From positions 9,055 to 73,054 of the IMG/VR virus record IMGVR_UViG_3300011398_000004: a stretch of 64,000 nucleotides of DNA. One strand, given 5' to 3'. A program made the translations under genes and the position numbers. The stretch's first letter is position 1; each line of letters begins with the position of its first letter. The notes beneath the pieces were generated by a model. The model saw nothing but the letters and a program-made list of their open reading frames with translations. It did not search any database and was not told where the DNA came from. Positions 25,773-35,408 of the stretch are shown here, piece by piece. This DNA comes from a virus.

Positions 25773-26215
25773 TGGCAACTATTAAATGGACTACACTGAG
25801 TAGTGTAGTCGCAGCATTAGCGAATGCAGATATTGCTTCTATTGTGAATAACGCATACTCTGCACTTGGTACTGCGATTAATAATTCAAGTGCCCTTGAT
25901 AGATGGGGTTGGCTTGAATTGAACCTTGGTTCTATTGATCCAGTTGATGGCGCATGTATTTTCGTATATCTATTACCATCATTTGATGGTGGAACAGATT
26001 ATGATGATGGTCCTAGTGCGAATAATCCTTGTTCGCATAATATCGTTGCAGTAATGTCAGTTAATATCGCTAGTAGTGCAAAAAAGATCACATATGGTCC
26101 AATTCCATTACCAGCAGGACATTTTAAATTTGCACTTCGTAATTGTACTGGAGTCACGTTAGCTGCAACTGCTAACACTCTTGATTTATATACAAATAAT
26201 GAAGCAGTAGCATAA
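25772..26215 (+). CDS. hypothetical structural protein
   Basis: ORF track. Confidence 0.45.
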   Translation: MATIKWTTLSSVVAALANADIASIVNNAYSALGTAINNSSALDRWGWLELNLGSIDPVDGACIFVYLLPSFDGGTDYDDGPSANNPCSHNIVAVMSVNIASSAKKITYGPIPLPAGHFKFALRNCTGVTLAATANTLDLYTNNEAVA

Positions 26216-27103
26216 ATGGCTCTCTCACAACCAACAGCAAGAGGAGCGGCAGCAGACCCAGCTCCTAAATTAAAACTGGATCAATCAACTGGTTCAGTTC
26301 TTAATTCCGATTGCTATACAATGATGGTCTGGGCTTATAATTCCACAGCGGCTATTGGAGATGGAGCTTATTCGGATATTATGTGTGTACGTGATTCCAC
26401 TATAGGTGGTGATCCTAGTGATGATAAGGTAGTTGCTATCTACCATAAAGATGTCTCAACTAATTGGATTCTTTCCATGGGTGATGATATCGAGGATATT
26501 GATGCCGGCGTTCGTATTCCAGCACTCCAGTGGCGGCATTACACTCTAACTTCACAAGATATGCCTGGACAAGAGGTTAATATTACTTCTTATTTAGATG
26601 GAGCACAGCAGAAACGAGCATTGGATGGTACAACAGATGTAACACCTCCTATATTTCCAAATAATGACTGTTTCATTCAATTATTCAATAGTCGATCATC
26701 AGCTGCAGATTCATCTAGTATCTGGGTTGGTCATATGGCCGCATTTAAATGCTGGAATAATGTGGCATTGACACCTGAAGAAATTAAACGTGAAATGTGG
26801 ACTTATGTTCCAATTCGTAAAGCAGGTTTATATTCTGCTTTGCCAATGATTAATAAGGCACATTCTGTATTCGATTTAACTGGTAAAACATGGACGGTAA
26901 CAGGCGCAGATTTTGTAGATAGTAATATTAATCCACCAGGAGTTTCTTGGCAGAATCGATGGTTAAGTCGTAGTATCGTAAATTCTCCAGCTAGTGCTGC
27001 TCTTACAGGAACAGTCACAGCCGCTATTACAGAAGCTGATATCGTTACTGGTGGTAAGACTATTATCTTGACCGTAACCGGCGATACGTTCATTCCAAAT
27101 TGA
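26216..27103 (+). CDS. hypothetical structural protein
   Basis: ORF track. Confidence 0.45.
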   Translation: MALSQPTARGAAADPAPKLKLDQSTGSVLNSDCYTMMVWAYNSTAAIGDGAYSDIMCVRDSTIGGDPSDDKVVAIYHKDVSTNWILSMGDDIEDIDAGVRIPALQWRHYTLTSQDMPGQEVNITSYLDGAQQKRALDGTTDVTPPIFPNNDCFIQLFNSRSSAADSSSIWVGHMAAFKCWNNVALTPEEIKREMWTYVPIRKAGLYSALPMINKAHSVFDLTGKTWTVTGADFVDSNINPPGVSWQNRWLSRSIVNSPASAALTGTVTAAITEADIVTGGKTIILTVTGDTFIPN

Positions 27104-27110
27104 GAATTTA

Positions 27111-27887
27111 ATGGCTGACACAAAAATATCCGCTTTAACGGGAGCATCTGCTGTTGTTGCGGCAAATGAGTTTGCTATCAACGAAGCAGGTACGTCTAAA
27201 AAGGTTACAGGTACACAGATCAAAGACTTCGTGAATGACGCACCTGTATTCGCCGCAGGAAGTGACTCAGCAAACACGAAGCCGAAACTCACTGTTGGCA
27301 CATTGTTGACAACACCAGAAGCAGGCGCATTAGAATTAGATGCTAATTGCTTATATGGAACAACAGATGCTGGTAATCGTGGGGTTATACCAATTCGTCA
27401 TTTCATTAGATGTAATGCGACGAGAACACTACCTAATGACACCGCAGAGAATGCTATATTCGCTTCACCCGCAAATGGACGATTAACCCTAGAGATTGGC
27501 ACTTATCTATTCGATATGGTCATCGGCATTACGGCTATGAGTGCTACATCAGGTAATGCACTGTTAGATATTCTTGGTGCAGGAACTGCGACATGTAACG
27601 ATTGGCTATATGCCGTTCTCGGTAAGGATGCAACACTTATCAGTGTCGCTGCCGTTCTTGGTGTCATGCCAGTTATCCAGAGCACTCCGGCATCTATGTT
27701 CACAGCAGGCACAGGAGCCGAGATGTGGTGGATCGCGAAGGGATCGTTTACAGTCACTGTAGCAGGAACGTTGATTCCCTCGATTGACCAAGTCACTGCC
27801 GCTGCCGCCGTCGTAGCCATTGGTTCATATTTTTCATGCGAACGAATTGGTGATGCGGCTGTCGTCAGTGTTGGTCAGTGGGATTAA
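27111..27887 (+). CDS. fibre-like protein with conserved tail-fibre N-terminal motif
   Basis: MADTKISALTGASAVVAANEFAINEAGTSKKVTGTQI matches the widespread tail-fibre/tailspike N-terminal anchor motif (KISxLxxA...TKKvT..Ql). Confidence 0.5.
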   Translation: MADTKISALTGASAVVAANEFAINEAGTSKKVTGTQIKDFVNDAPVFAAGSDSANTKPKLTVGTLLTTPEAGALELDANCLYGTTDAGNRGVIPIRHFIRCNATRTLPNDTAENAIFASPANGRLTLEIGTYLFDMVIGITAMSATSGNALLDILGAGTATCNDWLYAVLGKDATLISVAAVLGVMPVIQSTPASMFTAGTGAEMWWIAKGSFTVTVAGTLIPSIDQVTAAAAVVAIGSYFSCERIGDAAVVSVGQWD

Positions 27888-27892
27888 TTTAA

Positions 27893-29794
27893 ATGGCTGC
27901 CCGCATTCTGCTGGAAACTGGTGATGCACTCTTAGCAGAGAATGCGGATACTCTACGTCGAGAAGAAGTATTTTTCGATGATACACGTCAAGATATTATT
28001 AATGGTTTAGATTCTGATCAAGCTGAAGCTGGCGGTTGGGATGCGAAAGTTAAACCGAATATTCCAATTGCTAATGTTATACGAACATCTGATAATGTAG
28101 CTACAATCACTTTACAAGCACAAAGTGATCATGATATAACAGTTCAAGAAATAATTACAGATATAATTCCTGGGTCTGCTCTTGTAGGTGGTAGTTCTAT
28201 TGTAGTGATACCATCATTTACAATTGATCCAGTAATTGTGAATAATATAGGAGCTTCAACTGGTTTAGCAACTGCGTTAGGTATAGGTCTTGCATTAGCT
28301 CTTAGTACAGCATCTGCAATAGGAGCATCTTCAGTCACCGCTGTTGGATCGAGTATTGTCTCCGCCGTAGGTTCTATATCAGGTTCTTCTTCCGTAGCAG
28401 GAACTGGTAAATCAGATTTTATAGCAGTTGCGTCAGCGACAGGCTCCAGTAGTGTAGCTGCAACTGGATCAAGTATTGCTTCAAGTTCTGGTGCTTCAAC
28501 AGGATCTTCTAATATAACTGTTGTAGGTTCATCATTAGCAGTTTCAGTAGGTTCTGCTTTCGGCGTAGCATCCGTATTAGGAACAGGGGCTTCTCGATTT
28601 GATGCTATAGGTTCGTCCGTTGGTGCCGCTACTGTACTAAGTACGGGTGCAGGCTTAGCCAGTTCTCTAGGTGCTTCAACAGGCGCGGCAACAGTAGAAG
28701 GGATAACTTCTTCAGCAGACCCTATCGGTTCGATAGTAGGATCTTCATCCGTAACAGCAATAGGTTCTTCATTAGCTACTTCAATTGGACTTGTTTCAGG
28801 TTCTTCATCTGTTATAGCGATAGGGACATCGGATGTTTCTGCTGTTGGTGCAGCTATTGGATCATGTTCAGTAGCGGCAACTGGGAATTCGTTAATTACA
28901 TCCATCGGTTCTGCAGTAGGAGCTTCATCTGTTGTAGCTACTGGTCAATCTTTATTTACCGCAGTAGCTTCCTCGATTGGATCATGCACAGTAGTCTCTA
29001 CTGGTAGTTCATTATTTACAGCAATAGCTTCTTCAATAGGATCTTCATCTGTTTCAGCTACGGGTCAATCTACTTCTACATCTATAGCCTCCTCGATTGG
29101 ATCATCTGTTGTAATATCAACTGGTGCTTCACTATTTACAGGAATAGGATCTGTAACTGGTTCTGCATCTATTACAGGAATAAATGGCGAACAGATTATT
29201 GGAGTTATTTCTGGTTCTAGTTCTGTTCTTGGTATAGGATCTTCTCTTGCAACATCTATTGGTAGTGTCACTGGATCTAGTTCTATTTTAGGTATAGGTC
29301 AAAGCCAAGTAAGTAGTATTGGATCATCTATAGGTTCATGTTCAGTTTCATCTGTAGGAGCGAGTAATTTCCGAGGAATAGCGGTTTCATCTGGCAGTTC
29401 AATCGTTACATCTACTGGAACTGGAATAAAGATAGCAGTTGGGTCTTCTATTGGTTCTTGTTCAGTCAGTTCAACTGGTTTATCTTTATTCACAGGAATT
29501 GGTGTATCTTCTGGTAATGCGAATATTTTAGGAACTGGTAATAGTCAATCTATAAGTATAGCATCTTCGATAGGATCTTCCTCGATTATAGCTGTTGGCG
29601 TTGGTGGGTCAATTAGTATCGGGACAGTAATAGGATCATCTGATGTTTTATCTATAGGATCTGCTTTAGGTGTTTTCCCATATATTAATATCACTTCACA
29701 AACAGTTTTTGATCCAGGATTACCTGTAGTAATACATGAAATACGGACTATTTCTGTAACTGAGAGAACTCTTAGGGTGACTTTAGATGTCTAA
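27893..29794 (+). CDS. Ser/Gly/Ala-rich repetitive fibre-like protein, about 35 imperfect 12-aa repeats (xIGSSSVxAxGxS)
   Basis: 633 aa, e.g. SAVGSSIVSAVGSISGSSSVAGTG...; 36-bp DNA periodicity. The antisense ORFs 28144..28905, 29065..29271 and 29299..29493 are repeat artefacts. Confidence 0.55.
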   Translation: MAARILLETGDALLAENADTLRREEVFFDDTRQDIINGLDSDQAEAGGWDAKVKPNIPIANVIRTSDNVATITLQAQSDHDITVQEIITDIIPGSALVGGSSIVVIPSFTIDPVIVNNIGASTGLATALGIGLALALSTASAIGASSVTAVGSSIVSAVGSISGSSSVAGTGKSDFIAVASATGSSSVAATGSSIASSSGASTGSSNITVVGSSLAVSVGSAFGVASVLGTGASRFDAIGSSVGAATVLSTGAGLASSLGASTGAATVEGITSSADPIGSIVGSSSVTAIGSSLATSIGLVSGSSSVIAIGTSDVSAVGAAIGSCSVAATGNSLITSIGSAVGASSVVATGQSLFTAVASSIGSCTVVSTGSSLFTAIASSIGSSSVSATGQSTSTSIASSIGSSVVISTGASLFTGIGSVTGSASITGINGEQIIGVISGSSSVLGIGSSLATSIGSVTGSSSILGIGQSQVSSIGSSIGSCSVSSVGASNFRGIAVSSGSSIVTSTGTGIKIAVGSSIGSCSVSSTGLSLFTGIGVSSGNANILGTGNSQSISIASSIGSSSIIAVGVGGSISIGTVIGSSDVLSIGSALGVFPYINITSQTVFDPGLPVVIHEIRTISVTERTLRVTLDV

Positions 29795-30134
29795 CATATT
29801 ATCAGTCGTAGCTGGATGGACTGCATTATTAGGCCCATTTACACTCCGTGCAGATGGTGTTCCTTTAGATCTATCAGGATTTATTGTAGAATTAGTTCTA
29901 AAGGATTCTTTTGGAAATCTCGTAGTTCATGGTGGGACAGTTACAGTATTAAATCAAATTACAAATCCTGGTCAAGTTACTTATGAACCTGTATCTGCAG
30001 ATTTCGTATTTTCTCCTTATGGTAATACTGGACGACAACCGTATACAATTCGTTGGAAGGTAACTGATGGTGCTGGGGATATAATCTATTTCCCTAATAC
30101 TGTCGCAGATGAAATTGGTGTGTATCGACTTTAG
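29787..30134 (+). CDS. hypothetical protein
   Basis: ORF track. Confidence 0.4.
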   Translation: MSNILSVVAGWTALLGPFTLRADGVPLDLSGFIVELVLKDSFGNLVVHGGTVTVLNQITNPGQVTYEPVSADFVFSPYGNTGRQPYTIRWKVTDGAGDIIYFPNTVADEIGVYRL

Positions 30135-30142
30135 GAGGAATT

Positions 30143-30334
30143 ATGGTAGAACTTAAAATAATGATGGATGACCATGGAAATTGCAGAGTAGAAGGACCCA
30201 TTGATAATAAAATGGTCTGTTATGGAATGTTAGAACTCGCAAAGGAAGCAATACATATTCATCATCTTAAGCAAGCTGAACGACTTATACAGCCAGCTTC
30301 AACTATACCGTTTACGCCGAAAGGTGTAAATTAG
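30143..30334 (+). CDS. small hypothetical protein
   Basis: ORF track; AGGAGG Shine-Dalgarno. Confidence 0.35.
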   Translation: MVELKIMMDDHGNCRVEGPIDNKMVCYGMLELAKEAIHIHHLKQAERLIQPASTIPFTPKGVN

Positions 30335-30369
30335 TATCTAAAATAATGTGTTTTCGTGTAAAATAGCTG

Positions 30370-30398
30370 TTGCTTTTGGCTTTTAGCTATGGTATCAT
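30370..30398 (+). promoter_or_regulatory. promoter TTGCTT-N17-TATCAT, with TGG extended -10, driving the GIY-YIG gene
   Basis: Read directly; the track start 30389 lies inside the -10 box, so the real start is probably ATG 30416. Confidence 0.4.
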
Positions 30399-30415
30399 AC
30401 AACTGTAGATTGTTT

Positions 30416-30916
30416 ATGAGCTTTAAGCCTTGTATCTATGCTTTAATTGACCCTCTATACCCTAATCAAATTAGGTATATTGGAAAGACGATTAAAAAAG
30501 GAAGATTGAGGGCTCATGAAAAAGAAGCAAAACTTTGCATAGAAAGACATAGTCATAAACTTAATTGGATTCGTAGTTTATTAAGACAAAATAGAACTTA
30601 TATAATTCAGATTTTACAGGAATTTCCGTTAGATATCTCTAAGGAAGATTTATTTAATGCAGAAATTTATCATATAGCTAAAGTAAAATTAGAAGGCCAT
30701 AATTTAACTAATTCAACTTCTGGTGGAGAAGGTGGATTTGTTGGACCTTTTTCTGAAATTATATTGAATAAAATACGAGAAAAAGCAAAAGAATCTTGGA
30801 AAAATCCAAAGAGACTAGAAATAAAAAGACAAATAGAGAATAAACATCGTTCTTGTAGAGCTGCGATAACAAGAAGAAATTCATTATCTACAGAATCATT
30901 AGGTTCATTTTTATGA
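30416..30916 (+). CDS. GIY-YIG homing endonuclease
   Basis: CIYALIDPLYPNQIRYIGKT is the GIY...YIG motif; sits with its own promoter between fibre and scaffold genes. Confidence 0.65.
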   Translation: MSFKPCIYALIDPLYPNQIRYIGKTIKKGRLRAHEKEAKLCIERHSHKLNWIRSLLRQNRTYIIQILQEFPLDISKEDLFNAEIYHIAKVKLEGHNLTNSTSGGEGGFVGPFSEIILNKIREKAKESWKNPKRLEIKRQIENKHRSCRAAITRRNSLSTESLGSFL

Positions 30917-31722
30917 AAGCAGTCATTAACGCTTTAACAGAAGTTGAAGAGCCTCTTCGTAATGAATACGAAGAGCGCGAAGGAAAATTCTATTTAAAAT
31001 TAGATGGGCAACTCCCAGGATTTGTTGACGCTAAAGAACTCTTAGCGGCAAATGTAAAGGTTGTTGAATTTCGAGATCGTAATATAGCTTTATTAAAAGA
31101 GAATGACGAACTCCGTCCCTTAAAACTCAAATATGAGGGGATTGACCCTGTCGAAGCCAAAGATGCTATCGAGAAAGTTAAAGCTCTTGGCAAGAAGGGG
31201 ATTAAGGACGTCGAGGATTTTAATAGTCAAGTAAAGATGGTTGCAGAGGATTTAATTAAGCCTCTTCGTGAGCAACTTGCTACGTCAGCAGCAGAAACAG
31301 CAGCTGAACGTAAACGTGCAGATGAATCTCTTCTCCATTCCAAAATCACAGACCATTTCGTTAAAATGGGTGGACGTTCTACTGCAACTGACTTTGTAGT
31401 GAATCTTGCCAAAGAAACATTTGAAGTAAAGGAACGTAACGTCACTGCAAAACCTGGAAAATTCAGCGTGAAGAAGCCGGGTGATCCTATTACTCCAGAG
31501 GAATGGTTAGCTGAAGTTGTTCAGAAAGATCATGACTATGTCTTCACTCCTTCGAATGGTGGAGGGGCTCCACCTGTAAAAGGAACGAATACACCAGTTC
31601 CATCGAAGACAAAACCGGGGCAGACAATTCTCAAGAATCCAACTCCGCAGGAATTGGGGCAATTCTCTACGGATATCGCAGCGGGTAAAATAAAAGTAGA
31701 ATTTGATACGACAACCGCGTAG
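30913..31722 (+). CDS. head scaffolding protein (candidate)
   Basis: 269 aa, Glu/Lys-rich helical, immediately upstream of the major capsid gene. Confidence 0.5.
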   Translation: MKAVINALTEVEEPLRNEYEEREGKFYLKLDGQLPGFVDAKELLAANVKVVEFRDRNIALLKENDELRPLKLKYEGIDPVEAKDAIEKVKALGKKGIKDVEDFNSQVKMVAEDLIKPLREQLATSAAETAAERKRADESLLHSKITDHFVKMGGRSTATDFVVNLAKETFEVKERNVTAKPGKFSVKKPGDPITPEEWLAEVVQKDHDYVFTPSNGGGAPPVKGTNTPVPSKTKPGQTILKNPTPQELGQFSTDIAAGKIKVEFDTTTA

Positions 31723-31814
31723 TTCACAAATTTAGTTAGAGACCATCTCGGGGAGATGGTCTCCGGCCTCGGTGAGACCGCTTTGGTATTAATTTTCCAG
31801 GGAGGTTTACATAG

Positions 31815-32963
31815 ATGGCCGGAGCACTTGTTACAACTAATATTCTTTCAACCCTCGTTGCGATGGGTCTTGCTACCCTTCGTGAACGTCTTGCCCTTGT
31901 TTTCATTGCAAATCGTGAATATGAGAGATTGATCTCTGGTGCGACTAAATTCGCAACAGTCAATGTAGCTGTTCCTGCGACTGTGGCAGTTCGCACAGTT
32001 GCACCGAATGTCGTTCCTCCTGCCGTAACTGCCGTTACCCCGACTTCCATCCCCATTACTCTCGATCAGTGGCAAGAAGCTCCTTTTGCAATGGATGATA
32101 AAGGACTTGTCCAGGTTGATAATGGGATTATCCCCATGCAGGCTAAGGAAGCTGTTAAGTCTTTAGCTAATGGTATTGAAGACTATCTCTGGTCTCTTCT
32201 TGCTGCAAAAGTCGCGAATTATGCTGGAACCGCAGGATCAACTCCTTTCGGTACTGGTCTTGATGATTTCTTGGCAGCGGATAAAATCCTCAATGATAAT
32301 TTAGCTGATCCTGAAGATCGCTTCATGGTCATCAATACTGCTGCGAAGGCGAGCGCAATGGGTCTTCGTGCAATTCAGGACGCTTCCTTCCGTGGCGGAG
32401 CTGGACCGAATTCATTAATCAGTGGTGAGATCGGTAATATCCTCGGCGCTCGTTGGGTTATGTCCCAGCGAGTTCCTAATCACGTTTCCGGAACTCTTTC
32501 GGGAGTAGGAACGACCGTTACTGGCGTGAATGCAATCGGCGCTACTGTTCTTGCATTATCAGGCGGCGCTTCAGGAACCATCCTTGCTGGCGACATCCTC
32601 ACTATTGCAGGACGTCAGTATAACGTAGTGAGTTCAGTTGGTGGTTCTACTCCTTCGTCAGTCACCATTGCAGCTCCTGGTCTTACTCTCGCAACTGCCG
32701 GTGGCGAAGTTCTTTCTATCGCTGCTTCGTTTGCTGCAAACATTCTCATTCAGAAGCATTGTCTCGCGTTTGCAATGGCTCCTCTGATTGATACTGTTGA
32801 AGTTCCTGGTGCAACTCTTCAGTCGGTAGCTATCGACGAAGGTTCTGGTCTTTCACTTCGCTTAGAAGTATCACGGCAGCATCGTCAGGTTCAGTGGTCA
32901 TTTGATGCTCTATATGGTGGAACTGTTGTTCGTCCTCAGCTCGCATCGTGGCTTGCTGGTTAA
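31815..32963 (+). CDS. major capsid protein
   Basis: 382 aa, after scaffold and followed by a strong terminator; AGGGAGG Shine-Dalgarno. Call is from position, size and composition. Confidence 0.55.
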   Translation: MAGALVTTNILSTLVAMGLATLRERLALVFIANREYERLISGATKFATVNVAVPATVAVRTVAPNVVPPAVTAVTPTSIPITLDQWQEAPFAMDDKGLVQVDNGIIPMQAKEAVKSLANGIEDYLWSLLAAKVANYAGTAGSTPFGTGLDDFLAADKILNDNLADPEDRFMVINTAAKASAMGLRAIQDASFRGGAGPNSLISGEIGNILGARWVMSQRVPNHVSGTLSGVGTTVTGVNAIGATVLALSGGASGTILAGDILTIAGRQYNVVSSVGGSTPSSVTIAAPGLTLATAGGEVLSIAASFAANILIQKHCLAFAMAPLIDTVEVPGATLQSVAIDEGSGLSLRLEVSRQHRQVQWSFDALYGGTVVRPQLASWLAG

Positions 32964-32977
32964 TAATCTGTAACACC

Positions 32978-33014
32978 GTGGGAGTTGGCTCAGACTGACT
33001 CCCACGTTTTCGTT
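32978..33014 (+). terminator. rho-independent terminator after the capsid gene
   Basis: GTGGGAGT/ACTCCCAC 8-bp perfect stem, 12-nt loop, then GTTTTCGTT. Confidence 0.55.
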
Positions 33015-33030
33015 CTATTAGGAGAGATCA

Positions 33031-33411
33031 ATGATTATTGTATCAGTCGAACCAAAAGCGGGTAAAGTTGGAGACGAGATTCTTATTTCAGGTTCAGCTC
33101 TTAATGTTGGCCCTGCAAAGAGCGCCGGTGTTGGATCTGTCACCTTTAACGGAGTAAAAGCTGATGTAGTTGAATGGTTACACGATAAAGTTCGTGTGAC
33201 TATTCCTAAGGATGCGGTTTCTGGTCCTCTTTGTGTTGCATTTAGTGGGGATGCAGTAGAGGTTCCCTTCGAAGTATATGCTGAGTCGGGTGAAGAGCGA
33301 AATGAACGACTCGCAAAAGCTGATGAAGAGGCAAAAGCTGCTGAAACTAAGAAAGCTGCGGATGATAAGAAAGCTGCCGCAGATTTGAAGAAAGCTGAAG
33401 AAAAGAAGTAA
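33031..33411 (+). CDS. Ig-like (IPT/TIG-type) domain protein with Lys/Ala/Glu-rich tail; candidate capsid decoration protein
   Basis: Beta-rich N-domain (VEPKAGKVGDEILISG...VTFNGVKADVV...VTIPKDAVSGPLCVAF), then AKADEEAKAAETKKAADDKKAAADLKKAEEKK. Confidence 0.45.
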   Translation: MIIVSVEPKAGKVGDEILISGSALNVGPAKSAGVGSVTFNGVKADVVEWLHDKVRVTIPKDAVSGPLCVAFSGDAVEVPFEVYAESGEERNERLAKADEEAKAAETKKAADDKKAAADLKKAEEKK

Positions 33412-33513
33412 TGGCGAAATCTAGTCCTAGGCCAAGTTCACGTAAAAGTGGACCATTGCCTGGACCAAGCCATCCGTCGAAGAAAAGTAAGTAAATCGTC
33501 AGTTTACTGACTG

Positions 33514-33545
33514 GAAGACGGGGCGCAACGTTCCGTCTTTCAAAA
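33514..33545 (+). terminator. weak hairpin terminator
   Basis: GAAGACGG/CCGTCTT stem followed by TTTC. Confidence 0.3.
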
Positions 33546-33557
33546 GAAGGAGACAGT

Positions 33558-34043
33558 ATGGCAGATACTAGAATGTATCCTATCGGCAAGGATACCGCAA
33601 AAGGATTTTCTCGTTCCGGTTTATCAATAGACATTGGTATCGCTAAGAATCAGCGAACTCGTGTGACTATTGCACAAATTAATGCAGGATTCACTCTTCT
33701 TCCAGCAGTTCCTGGTGTTAAATGGAGAATGATAGATCTTGTTTTAATTGCTGTCGGTGGGGCTGTCACTGGTGCTACTGATGTTCGTGTCTTAGCTACT
33801 CAGGCTGCTGCCGGTGTCGCTCTTGCAATTGCCGCAGTAGCTGGAATGACCCAGAGCACAGTTCTTAGGGCTGGATCTCCATTTGCGACTGCTGGTACTG
33901 CCTCAATCGTTGTATTAGCAAATGGTGCATCTTTTATGCCTAATGATGCTAATACCGCAGTCACTATTGGAAAGACTGGCGGCACCGGAGCAACTGCTAC
34001 CCACGTAGATGCGATTTTGACATACGTTGCTGATGCTGCGTAA
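33558..34043 (+). CDS. hypothetical head protein
   Basis: ORF track; GAAGGAGACAG Shine-Dalgarno; Ala/Gly/Thr-rich. Confidence 0.45.
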   Translation: MADTRMYPIGKDTAKGFSRSGLSIDIGIAKNQRTRVTIAQINAGFTLLPAVPGVKWRMIDLVLIAVGGAVTGATDVRVLATQAAAGVALAIAAVAGMTQSTVLRAGSPFATAGTASIVVLANGASFMPNDANTAVTIGKTGGTGATATHVDAILTYVADAA

Positions 34044-34045
34044 TT

Positions 34046-34591
34046 ATGGCTGTATCTGCTCTTGTTACAACGCCCGGTTCTGCGACTGCTAATGCTTACG
34101 TTAGCAGGACAGTCGCAGATCAATTCCATTTGGATCATCCTCCATTTGGGACAAGTGCTCTGACAGGATTATGGGCCGCTGCAACGAATGACGAGAAAGA
34201 CGCTTCTATTTTATGGGCTACTAAACTCCTTGATCGTATGTTCTTATGGAATGGTTGGGTAGTAACTGAAACTCAGTCTCTTTTATGGCCGAGACAAGGA
34301 TTATATAGACCAAGTAGCTTATATGCTTTATCTTCTACTACTATACCAGATCAAATTCAATGGGCAACTGCTGAATTAGCTCGTCAACTCTTAATGTCTA
34401 ATCGTACAGCAGATTCTGATATCGAAGCACAAGGAATTAAACTCATAAAAGCTGGTTCAGTTCGAATAGACTTTAAAGACGCTGTTTATGCAAAGCCTAT
34501 TCCTGATGCTGTGATAAATTTAATCCCAATGGAATGGGGTTATGTTATCAGCAATGATAAGATTAATATAAGGGAGTTACTCCGCTCATGA
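34046..34591 (+). CDS. head-tail connector/adaptor (candidate)
   Basis: Called from position only. Confidence 0.35.
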   Translation: MAVSALVTTPGSATANAYVSRTVADQFHLDHPPFGTSALTGLWAAATNDEKDASILWATKLLDRMFLWNGWVVTETQSLLWPRQGLYRPSSLYALSSTTIPDQIQWATAELARQLLMSNRTADSDIEAQGIKLIKAGSVRIDFKDAVYAKPIPDAVINLIPMEWGYVISNDKINIRELLRS

Positions 34592-35022
34592 GTTTATATT
34601 CTCGATCTATTCGAACAAGTGCAACAGGATCTGGTGTGGCTGCTGTAGAATTATTTACAGGAGCCTATAAACAAGCGAAAGTTGTAGAAATTGGTATCGC
34701 TATCGTTAATGCTACTGCGAGCGCATTTGCTTTAGGACGTCCTGCTGCTTTAGGTATAACTCCGACAACTCCCGTATCTTTATTATCACCATTAAATTCG
34801 ACTGCTCCTACCGGATCTAAATTAGCAGTAGCTTGGGGGACTGGTCCAACTATTCCTGGGGCTTTCTATCGTCAATGTTCTTTACCCGCTGTTGCAGGAG
34901 CTGAACGTATTTGGTTATTTCCTTCTGGTATGGGTATTGTTATCCCTATAGGTGGTAGTCTTATTCTATGGACTCTCACAACTGTTTCTATTGCTGACAT
35001 ATATTTTAATATCGAGGAATAA
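34588..35022 (+). CDS. head-tail joining protein (candidate)
   Basis: Called from position only. Confidence 0.35.
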   Translation: MSLYSRSIRTSATGSGVAAVELFTGAYKQAKVVEIGIAIVNATASAFALGRPAALGITPTTPVSLLSPLNSTAPTGSKLAVAWGTGPTIPGAFYRQCSLPAVAGAERIWLFPSGMGIVIPIGGSLILWTLTTVSIADIYFNIEE

Positions 35023-35408
35023 TGGCATTAGACGATATTATTAGGAGTAGTGTTGCAATAGCAGATAATGTAACGAAATCGTTACAGGTAAATGTATCTC
35101 ATTTTGCTTGGATTGCTGATAATGATTTTAGTCAACCTGACTATTCTCCAGAAATTATTCGTAAAGCAATTGTAGAATATGCTCAGAGATTAAGAAAAAC
35201 TGGTGACGGCCAAGAAATTATGCAACAGGCTTCTATTCTTTTTGTAGGACCAATTAGAGCAGATGGGGCTGTAGATCGTCGAGAACCTATTGATCCTCGT
35301 GATAAAATTATATTGCCTAATGGGTATACTGGTCCGATACTTTCAGTAGAAGGTGTAGTTGATCCTGATACTAATTCTTTATATACAGTAGAAGTAATAT
35401 TAGGATAA
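35022..35408 (+). CDS. hypothetical morphogenesis protein
   Basis: ORF track. Confidence 0.4.
   Translation: MALDDIIRSSVAIADNVTKSLQVNVSHFAWIADNDFSQPDYSPEIIRKAIVEYAQRLRKTGDGQEIMQQASILFVGPIRADGAVDRREPIDPRDKIILPNGYTGPILSVEGVVDPDTNSLYTVEVILG

Noticed and set aside
28144-29493. Minus-strand ORFs (28144..28905, 29065..29271, 29299..29493) inside the Ser/Gly repeat gene
   Set aside because: They are antisense of a highly repetitive coding region and have a Pro/Glu/Thr-rich artefactual composition.
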